From positions 7,194 through 31,193 of the forward strand of contig NZ_AZAC01000027.1 of assembly GCF_000931935.2 (NCBI RefSeq): a stretch of DNA of 24,000 bases, read 5' to 3'. Shown piece after piece: positions 17,772 to 24,000 of this stretch. The first letter of the stretch is position 1. Every line of letters starts with the position of its first letter. The DNA comes from Dethiosulfatarculus sandiegensis (lineage in GTDB: Bacteria; Desulfobacterota; Desulfarculia; Desulfarculales; Desulfarculaceae). The notes under the pieces are model-generated. The model saw only the letters and a program-made list of their open reading frames with translations. It did no database searches and had not been told where the DNA came from. A program made the translations under genes and the position numbers.

Positions 17772-18568
17772 ATGGAACTCCGGGTCTTGTTAGAGATCAG
17801 CTGTATTATCGGTGAGACACTCAATCTGTCTCAAAGCCTGGAGCGGGTGTTGGGCATTATGTCCGGCACCCTGGCCATGAAACGCGCCACAGTCACCTTG
17901 CGGGATCCCCGCAGCGTCGGACTGCCCATCTTATGCCTCCCAAGGCCTCGGCGTGGAAAAAATGAAGGGCGGGGTGTACAGCCCATGGCGGGGGCGTCAC
18001 CGGCGGCCGCATATTTGAGACCGCCCACCCCTTTTATGTTCCGGATGTAAGCCGCGAGCCGCTCTTCTTGAATAAAACCCAGTCCCGCGATCTGGATAAA
18101 GGCAAGGTGGCCTTTGTGGGGGCGCCGATTTTCCTCAAGGGCGAGTCCATTGGAGTCCTGAATGTGGACTGTCTTTTTGGCGAGGAGATCTCCGACTGCC
18201 GTAACGTGCTGGTAAGCGGTATTGGCGAGGCCCCCGTGCACTGTTGGACGGTTATGGGGGTGGAGCCTTTGGAAGTTACCGGTTCTATAGAAGAAGCTTT
18301 GAGATTTATCTATACCGGGGATGACTTGTTGGCCATGCGGGTGCGTAAGGCCAAGGTCTGCTCCGTTTAAAAATTGGGGCGGGCCGGCGGTATGGGTTGC
18401 ATGTAGATCGGCTTGGGAGAAGAGAATTTTTAGCTGAAGGCCACCGGTAATGCTGGTAGTGAGCAGGTTGTGACAGGGCGATGAACCCCCAAACGCTTCA
18501 TCCGACAACAGGAAAATAAACCCGCAGTTTTAATATGCAGCGAGCTTGAATTTGGTCTGCTCTTTTAA
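17772..18568 (+). pseudogene. Decayed sigma54-dependent transcriptional activator (GAF domain, then remnants of the AAA+ domain); frameshifted and 3'-truncated
   Basis: The GAF-like sequence needs three frames. Frame 1 reads MELRVLLEISCIIGETLNLSQSLERVLGIMSGTLAMKRATVTLRDPRS. Frame 2 reads ASQGLGVEKMKGGVYSP. Frame 3 reads GGGVTGGRIFETAHPFYVPDVSREPLFLNKTQSRDLDKGKVAFVGAPIFLKGESIGVLNVDCLFGEEIS. The shifts fall near 17925-17937 and 17982-17988. Downstream there are only degenerate traces of Walker A (LGRREFLAEGH) and of the ESELFG box (CSELEFG) in changing frames. No sigma54-interaction core or HTH follows. The boundary beyond ~18200 is approximate. Confidence 0.6.
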
Positions 18569-18636
18569 TTTTAAAAATACTATTTCTCCGGTTAAGTGGT
18601 CGGTAAATTACATTTTTGAAAAACTGGGAGATGAAA

Positions 18637-19113
18637 CTATTTTTTTCTTGAAATTAGTTCAATGATTTTTTTGGTGTTTCTACTACTCAGGTAAATAGTT
18701 GTTAAGAATAGGCAAAAAGCAGTGCCAACTGTAACAAGCATGGCCACGCTCAAGTTGCGGTTTTTTGCTGTTCTGGTTTTTTTTTCAGGTTTCACCGAAA
18801 AACCATTTCTAGGTGGAATGCCTTTTTTCAGTGTTATATGTTCAGGTCCGACGTTGAGCATAATCTGATACGGTTCCTTGGGTATGGCAACGGTCAATTC
18901 ACCTTCTTGTGGCAGTCTTTTTTCGAAAAGTTTTTTGCCGGATATTTCGGAAACCAGCCTTACCATGGCACCAACGGCACGCGCCCCTGTGTCCAGCTTT
19001 CCGATAATGGTAATGCTGTCATTATTGTTATTAATTACGCTCAAATTTAATGAATGCGCAAAAACAGTAAACGGAGTCATTAATATAAGAAATGAAAATA
19101 GTAGCTTTTTCAT
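18637..19113 (-). CDS. Small exported protein with a C-terminal membrane anchor; predicted mature N-terminus is His
   Basis: Signal peptide MKKLLFSFLILMTPFTVFA, then HSLNLSV. An ~85-aa beta-rich region follows, then a basic linker and the TM helix LSVAMLVTVGTAFCLFLTTIYL. The start is 14 nt downstream of the PepSY-TM gene's stop. Confidence 0.7.
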   Translation of the reverse strand: MKKLLFSFLILMTPFTVFAHSLNLSVINNNNDSITIIGKLDTGARAVGAMVRLVSEISGKKLFEKRLPQEGELTVAIPKEPYQIMLNVGPEHITLKKGIPPRNGFSVKPEKKTRTAKNRNLSVAMLVTVGTAFCLFLTTIYLSSRNTKKIIELISRKK

Positions 19114-19127
19114 TTGGCAATATCCTT

Positions 19128-20696
19128 TTATCGTCCAAAAGTTAGCGTTTTTGTTTGACTTATGGTCTTTGATAAAACATACGCAACTCTGAGAAAAATT
19201 ACCCCAAGTGTTGCAAAGGCTAAATTAACAATGAATATAGTAAGCATATCATTATGGATCATTTCCATCGGTGTTGATCTGTTTTGAATGCAATAGATAA
19301 CAGGAACGATAAAATATAAAAATCCGCCAAGAGTCAACAGCTCCATGGCGGCTATCTTGGAGTGAATCCTGTAAAAAGACCAGGCAAAGGCGGCAATCCA
19401 AAAATCGAAAAATAAACCTTGCTGCCAGATAAGCCTGTCTTTCATGTCAAAAGGCAGCAGCCATTGCAGATTTAGTAATATTCCGGTGGCCGGTATGACG
19501 CCGATCATGAATGCCAGAGATAACTTGCTCACCCAATGATAAAAGGGAATATTCTTGCCAAAATATTTTTTCTTTTTTTCTAGCCAAAGCATCACTCCCA
19601 GGGCAATGCCAGTGCAACATCCCAACATCAACAGAAACACAAGTGATCTGGTGAATATATCAACACCAAAAAGGAGATGTAGAAAATAGACGGAATCGGT
19701 TAAAAGCACTCCCCATGGCCGATCCATTACCTTGGATTGTTTGATTAAATTACCATCATACCCGTTCAGGACAATGCTCGGTTTATTGCTTACCCCATTT
19801 AAGAATGGTACATAGGGGTTGTATCCCTCCAATTTAATTTTGGCGGATTTGTCCCCCCAATTTATAAGGGTGAGTTTCTGAAAATTTATATTTGAATTTA
19901 CCTTTTGGGCTTTTTTGATTAACTCCTTCAGGGGCAACATGGGTACGGGTTCATTTAGTTTTGGTATTGGCTTGTCTTTCGGAAACAATACTGGAAGAAT
20001 AAGGGGGCGGATGTTTGTCTTTTCACCATGTGTGGTGAGGTAGACAAGTGGCCCGGAGCCAACAAAGCTGAGACCCATAACAGTTGCGCATAGCACTATT
20101 ATCAAGAGAGGAGCCGAGCCCCAGAGCAGAAGTTTGCGATGCCAAAAGGAAAAAATATTTCGGTTGCTTTTTTTTGATCCCTTGAAGTCAAGCACGGAGA
20201 TAAGGATAAGTCCGCCGATAATGAGAAATAGAACACCGGCAGCCACAAGGCCAAAGATTGTGGTGCCAAGTTTTTTTAGGGGCCTGCCATAATGCATTCC
20301 ATTTAAAAACATGGCAAGATTTGAGCTCCCACCTTCGTCTTTTATCCGTTTTTGGGTTATTGGGTTGAATACGATCTTGGGAGAGTGCCTTTGTGATATC
20401 TGTAGGGCGGGATCTTCTCCGGCTCCTGGGAGATCAAGTAAAATTTCTTCCCCGGACAAGTTCGGATCCGACAATGCTTCTTCAAGCATCGGCTCGTAAT
20501 TTATCTCTGTGATTTCCATTGTTGGGAAGTGCCGGGAGGGCTTTTCCCATACTCTGATATACGGCATGAAGATTGCGTAAAGCCCAAAAAATAATGAGTT
20601 GTATAGCAGCAGTGAACAAATGATGCCCATTGCGACATGCCCACGATATAGTCTTTGTTTGTAGACATGTGAGTTGGCTTTGTGTGTGTTTTTCAT
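19128..20696 (-). CDS. PepSY-associated TM helix protein (PiuB/FoxB-like putative membrane reductase)
   Basis: Repeated basic-His-TM pattern typical of the family: YRGHVAMGIICSLLLYNSLFFGL, FWHRKLLLWGSAPLLIIV, VYFLHLLFGVDIFTRSLVFLLML...WLEKKKK. I prefer the ATG at 20696 (MKNTHKANSHVYKQ), which lies 10 nt after the upstream gene's stop, over the track start at 20765. Confidence 0.8.
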   Translation of the reverse strand: MKNTHKANSHVYKQRLYRGHVAMGIICSLLLYNSLFFGLYAIFMPYIRVWEKPSRHFPTMEITEINYEPMLEEALSDPNLSGEEILLDLPGAGEDPALQISQRHSPKIVFNPITQKRIKDEGGSSNLAMFLNGMHYGRPLKKLGTTIFGLVAAGVLFLIIGGLILISVLDFKGSKKSNRNIFSFWHRKLLLWGSAPLLIIVLCATVMGLSFVGSGPLVYLTTHGEKTNIRPLILPVLFPKDKPIPKLNEPVPMLPLKELIKKAQKVNSNINFQKLTLINWGDKSAKIKLEGYNPYVPFLNGVSNKPSIVLNGYDGNLIKQSKVMDRPWGVLLTDSVYFLHLLFGVDIFTRSLVFLLMLGCCTGIALGVMLWLEKKKKYFGKNIPFYHWVSKLSLAFMIGVIPATGILLNLQWLLPFDMKDRLIWQQGLFFDFWIAAFAWSFYRIHSKIAAMELLTLGGFLYFIVPVIYCIQNRSTPMEMIHNDMLTIFIVNLAFATLGVIFLRVAYVLSKTISQTKTLTFGR

Positions 20697-20706
20697 GTTT
20701 TTTGCT

Positions 20707-21021
20707 TTAATCCATGCATACAAAATAGATAATCCCTGCGTTGAAGCAGAGAGTAGGCACAACAAAACGAAGTAAGGTGCTTAATTTCGAGGGAGAAACT
20801 GATATCCATAGTGCGGCGCATGACCAGACAAGTGGTGTGAATAAAAATGGTAGAAAAACGGCAAGTTGTACTTTGTCAGGGATAAGGAAGACCAATAAAG
20901 TCATGCCGGAATAGGCAAGTAATAACCCTCCAAAAGTTGCACAGACAATTCTGAACCAACCAATTTTTGATCCGTTTTTTTCGGGTTTTTTCAGATAATC
21001 ATATAGGGTGAAAAGCGACAT
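20707..21021 (-). CDS. Small integral membrane protein (about 3 TM helices), function unknown
   Basis: Hydrophobic segments are FRIVCATFGGLLLAYSGMTLLVFL, LAVFLPFLFTPLVWSCAALWI and FVVPTLCFNAGIIYFV. The ATG at 21021 follows AAGGG about 11 nt upstream. The track start at 21060 is a GTG with no RBS. Confidence 0.6.
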   Translation of the reverse strand: MSLFTLYDYLKKPEKNGSKIGWFRIVCATFGGLLLAYSGMTLLVFLIPDKVQLAVFLPFLFTPLVWSCAALWISVSPSKLSTLLRFVVPTLCFNAGIIYFVCMD

Positions 21022-21570
21022 AGGAATCAGGCCCTTATTAGAATCAAGTAGTGTTGCCACGATAGCCGGCTCCGGGGCGGCGTAACCAGGATTAAATGGT
21101 CTAGCCTCAGCGTGGTTTTTTAGCCATTGCCTGGTTAAGCATGCTTCGTGAGAATGGACATCAAATTGGGCATGCTTAAATTATTTTATAAGTTATAACA
21201 AATTATCTGAGCAATTCTAGCGGTAGATTATAATTTTGTAGCGGGATATGACGCCTGCTATTACCTATGATATTGCTTTTCTTTAATTTGGTCTGGGAAT
21301 ATAACCCATGGCTTGCCGGAAAGCCCTTGTGATTGGTGGGGAGGATCAAGCTGAGGCCTTTAATGGAGAGAGGCTTTTCAAGGCTCGTAGACTATATGGC
21401 GCACAATAAGGCAACTAGGTGTTAAATGCCGATGAGGCTCAATGCTTTTGACTTGAGGTGGATTTCACAGCCCGCGCTCTGGGAATAGCTGAAAGCAGTC
21501 TATGGATTAGGTCGAGGTGCTTTATACTAGTTTTCCTGTTTGACATCTCGAGCTTTAAGAGTTACCTATT

Positions 21571-21592
21571 TATATGCGTGCGCATGCATATA
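21571..21592. promoter_or_regulatory. 22-bp near-perfect palindrome (candidate operator), 27 nt upstream of the 21619 start codon
   Basis: TATATGCGTGCGCATGCATATA versus its reverse complement TATATGCATGCGCACGCATATA: 10 of 11 arm pairs match. A consensus -35 hexamer TTGACA sits at 21539-21544. I found no convincing -10 hexamer. Confidence 0.4.
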
Positions 21593-21618
21593 ATAACTTC
21601 AAATCCTGAGAGGGCTTT

Positions 21619-21978
21619 ATGAAATGTGAAGAATGCGGAAGGTTCATGGAAGCTGACGAGGCGCGTGAGTTAAACGGTAAGCAACTGTGCGAGGATTGCT
21701 ATATCGATGCCATGACCCCGGTCAAAACCTGCGATCCATGGGCCACCTATACTGCCAGCCGTTTAGAAGACCAGGAGCTGAGTTCACGGCAGGAGGCTAT
21801 TCTGGCCTGCATTGATGAGAAAGGCGGAGCCACCCTGTCTGAGTTGTTGGCTGCTACTGGTTTGTCTGAAAAGGATTTTTTGCGCGAGTTCGCAGCTCTC
21901 AGACATATGGAGGTGGCGGCTGCGGCGCAGCAGGCGGATAACAACAAGGTTTTCGTACGGTTTGAGAAAAAAGACTAA
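21619..21978 (+). CDS. Zinc-ribbon plus winged-helix (putative DNA-binding) small protein
   Basis: 119 aa. N-terminal CxxC-x17-CxxC (MKCEECGR...LCEDCY) plus Cys38. The C-terminal half is wHTH-like (SSRQEAILACIDEKGGATLSELLAATGLSEKDFLREFAALRHMEV...VFVRF). GAGAGGG RBS before the ATG. Confidence 0.75.
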   Translation: MKCEECGRFMEADEARELNGKQLCEDCYIDAMTPVKTCDPWATYTASRLEDQELSSRQEAILACIDEKGGATLSELLAATGLSEKDFLREFAALRHMEVAAAAQQADNNKVFVRFEKKD

Positions 21979-22073
21979 GTTATTTTAGGGGGGTGTAAAT
22001 ATGGCCGCCTGTTTTTCATTGTCAGGTTGTTTTTAAACCCGGCCTTGCTCGCCCGGATTGGGAGAAGTCTTAA

Positions 22074-22496
22074 TTGGATAATTTGGTAAGGCTCTTCGAT
22101 TTGATCGTGGTACTTGCCCGTCGCCGGTATCATGCTGCGGAGCACCATTTTAAAGTTTTAGGGCTCAACCATACCAAAGCCAACCTGTTGACTCTGCTTG
22201 ACCGGGAAGGCGGTGTGGCCACTCAGGAGGAGCTATCGAATTTGATCTTTTTAGATCGAAGCAATGCCGGTCGCGCTTTGAAATGCCTTGAAGAGCAAGG
22301 TTATGTTGAACGGCGTAAAAACACAGGTGATAAAAGAACGAACCTGGTTCAAATAACCACCAAGGGCAGCAAGGCGGTGATTGACATATCGCGGCTCAAG
22401 AAAAGGATCATAAAAAGCGTTTCCGGCGAGTTGAGCGATGAACAAGCCGGTCGCATCATGGAGATGCTGGAGAAGACTCTTAAGGCTGAAAAGTAA
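22074..22496 (+). CDS. MarR family transcriptional regulator
   Basis: Typical MarR wHTH: LGLNHTKANLLTLLDREGGVATQEELSNLIFLDRSNAGRALKCLEEQGYVERRKNTGDKRTNLVQITTKG. TTG start at 22074 with GGAG 9-10 nt upstream. Confidence 0.9.
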   Translation: MDNLVRLFDLIVVLARRRYHAAEHHFKVLGLNHTKANLLTLLDREGGVATQEELSNLIFLDRSNAGRALKCLEEQGYVERRKNTGDKRTNLVQITTKGSKAVIDISRLKKRIIKSVSGELSDEQAGRIMEMLEKTLKAEK

Positions 22497-22556
22497 TGCC
22501 TCTCTTTTAATAATAGTTGCGATTAGCCGAAACCAGGCAGATGCCTGTTGTTTTAA

Positions 22557-23414
22557 ATGCGGTCTCTTGTTTATCAGTCATCACCGCATGGTCCTACAAA
22601 ACCACCCCATAAAAGGAACCTGAAATTGAGCACAAGCAGTGGAGCTAAGGTAACGGAGAAGACGAAAAAGGCTTTCTGGGAAAATCTGGCAAGGCATTAT
22701 CCCCTTCCTTTTGATAAAGAGGTTTTGGCCACCACGCAAAAGGTTTTTTCCATGGTCAAAAAAAGGGGGGTGACCTTCAGCAATGCCGAGATTCTGGATA
22801 TAGCCTGCGGCACCGGTATTTACACCTTGCCCCTGGCCGGTGAAGCAGCCGGGGTAACCGGGCTCGATGACTCTGAGGCCATGCTTGATCGGATGAAGCA
22901 GGTCATGGAGGCCAAAGGCATCCAAAACGTGCGGCCGGTTAAGGCATCGTGGGAAGATATAGATATCGCCGCCAAGGGGTTTCAAAAGGCGTTCGATATT
23001 GCCTGGGTGTCTATGACCCCGGCTATTCAAACCGCTCATGATTTTGACTTGATGGAACAATGCGCCAGAAAATGGTGCGTTTACATTGGCTGGGGGCGCA
23101 AACGGGAAAATGCCCTGATGCAGGAGATATTCAGCTCACACGGCCTTTCTTACGGCCCCCCGCCAAATATCGCAAAGGCCTACGATATCTTGCTGGAATC
23201 CGGACGAAAGCCCTCTTTGGATTACTTTGAGACAACCTGGTATTGGAAGGGAACCGCCAATGAAGCCCTTTCAGATATAGCGTTTCATATTGAAATGCAT
23301 GGGGAAAAGCCTCGTCGAGACCTGATTGCAAAAGCCCTGCACAGTTATGAACGAGATGGCGTGCTAAGCTATGCCACTGAGGTGGAACTGAGGCTTTTGG
23401 TGTGGCCGGTTTGA
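22557..23414 (+). CDS. Class I SAM-dependent methyltransferase with a ~130-aa C-terminal extension
   Basis: Motif I ILDIACGTGIYTLPLA, acidic GLDDSEAM, then FDIAWVSMTPA. The start is ambiguous: the ATG at 22557 has no RBS, while the in-frame TTG at 22626 follows AAGGAA. Confidence 0.85.
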   Translation: MRSLVYQSSPHGPTKPPHKRNLKLSTSSGAKVTEKTKKAFWENLARHYPLPFDKEVLATTQKVFSMVKKRGVTFSNAEILDIACGTGIYTLPLAGEAAGVTGLDDSEAMLDRMKQVMEAKGIQNVRPVKASWEDIDIAAKGFQKAFDIAWVSMTPAIQTAHDFDLMEQCARKWCVYIGWGRKRENALMQEIFSSHGLSYGPPPNIAKAYDILLESGRKPSLDYFETTWYWKGTANEALSDIAFHIEMHGEKPRRDLIAKALHSYERDGVLSYATEVELRLLVWPV

Positions 23415-23525
23415 GACGGCAGTTTTTGTAACGTGATTGAATCTGCGGCCTGAAAGGCGACTGAAAGGACTTCTCCGTGATCTTGAGCGCCGATCAGGTC
23501 GTAGAGGCAGGTCGACGGCCTTAAA

Positions 23526-24000
23526 GAGACTGTCTTGTTTTCTGTGTATGAGCCAATTACGGATTTGATTTAACATTTCAATTTTGCACCGCCCGAATTC
23601 TTTCGTCAAATAAGATAGCGAATTGATTCATGGCTGCGGTCCAATCCTTTGGCGGCCTCTTCCACTTTTCCGCCAGGTTTTTAATGGCAAGGTAAAGCAG
23701 CTTGGTGGCGGCCTGATCATTGGGGAAATGCCCCCTGGTTTTAACCGCTTTGCGCAGGCTGCGATTCAAGCTTTCGATGGCGTTTGTGGTGTAGATCACC
23801 CTTCGGATTTCGTGAGGATAGGACAGGAAGGGAATGATCTGCTCCCAATTGCGCCGCCATGACTGGCTGATGGTGGGATATTTGCCATCCCACTTTTCTT
23901 CGAATTCACAAAGCCGGCCCTCGGCGGCCTCGGTGGTCTCGGCCCGGTAGATGGCCTTGAGGTCGGCCGCCACTTGCTTGCGGTGCTTCCAGGGCACGAA
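23526..24000 (-). mobile_element. IS256-family insertion sequence, partial; one terminus proposed at 23526
   Basis: GAGACTGTCTTGTTTTCTGTGTATGA at 23526-23551 resembles the IS256 terminal inverted repeat as I recall it (GATAAAGTCCGTATAATTGTGTAAAA; shared GA.A..GTC....T...TGTGTA). It lies 52 nt beyond the transposase stop. The other end is outside the window, so the repeat pair cannot be confirmed. Confidence 0.65.
23578..24000 (-). CDS. IS256-family (mutator-type) transposase, C-terminal ~140 aa; the 5' part lies beyond the right edge
   Basis: VPWKHRKQVAADLKAIYRAETTEAAEGRLCEFEEKWDGKYPTISQSWRRNWEQIIPFLSYPHEIRRVIYTTNAIESLNRSLRKAVKTRGHFPNDQAATKLLYLAI matches the conserved C-terminal region of IS256/mutator transposases (YTTNxIESxN motif). 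The frame stays open to the window edge. Confidence 0.92.
   Translation of the reverse strand, partial: FVPWKHRKQVAADLKAIYRAETTEAAEGRLCEFEEKWDGKYPTISQSWRRNWEQIIPFLSYPHEIRRVIYTTNAIESLNRSLRKAVKTRGHFPNDQAATKLLYLAIKNLAEKWKRPPKDWTAAMNQFAILFDERIRAVQN

Noticed and set aside
17831-18508. 225-aa minus-strand ORF
   Set aside because: It lies antisense to the recognisable GAF-domain remnants on the plus strand. Its composition is His/Gly/Pro-rich and it has no motifs.
21308-21409. 33-codon plus-strand ORF (MACRKALVIGGEDQAEAFNGERLFKARRLYGAQ) in the divergent intergenic region
   Set aside because: It is short, has no convincing RBS and no recognisable family. It may be a fragment or chance ORF.
22581-23060. 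159-aa minus-strand ORF, and 23131-23331 on the minus strand, inside the methyltransferase gene
   Set aside because: They are antisense to a gene with a clear SAM-binding motif and contain no motifs of their own.
23364-23609. 81-aa minus-strand ORF spanning the methyltransferase stop, the intergenic DNA and the IS terminus
   Set aside because: It crosses the proposed IS boundary and overlaps two real genes out of frame. It is Arg/Ser-rich.

Overview
The window looks like a chromosomal segment from a deltaproteobacterium-like organism. That taxonomic guess is inferred only from the style of the proteins. Coding is on the minus strand up to about 21.1 kb and mostly on the plus strand after that.

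(1) 1-4716: a sugar or glycan-modification-like cluster. It holds a radical SAM gene cut by the left edge (missing from the ORF track), a class I SAM methyltransferase, an NDP-sugar dehydrogenase and a second radical SAM enzyme.

(2) 5437-17022: the most interesting part, a seven-gene, tightly packed minus-strand operon. It opens with a 1716-aa membrane sensor (signal peptide, four tandem periplasmic solute-binding/Venus-flytrap domains, one TM helix, five PAS domains) that has no kinase or other output domain. Next comes a complete stressosome-type module: RsbR-like PAS-STAS, RsbS-like STAS, RsbT-like GHKL Ser/Thr kinase and RsbX-like PP2C phosphatase. The operon ends with a soluble hybrid histidine kinase (HisKA-HATPase-REC-REC-Hpt) and a REC-HD-GYP response regulator. 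No sigma or anti-sigma gene is present.

(3) 17023-18568: a long GC-rich leader, then a frameshifted and 3'-truncated sigma54-activator pseudogene.

(4) 18637-21021: a visibly AT-richer three-gene membrane cluster of a small membrane protein, a PepSY-type TM protein and a small exported protein.

(5) 21619-23414: a zinc-ribbon plus winged-helix protein, a MarR regulator and a SAM methyltransferase.

(6) 23526-24000: the end of an IS256-family element.

I found no tRNA, rRNA or CRISPR array.
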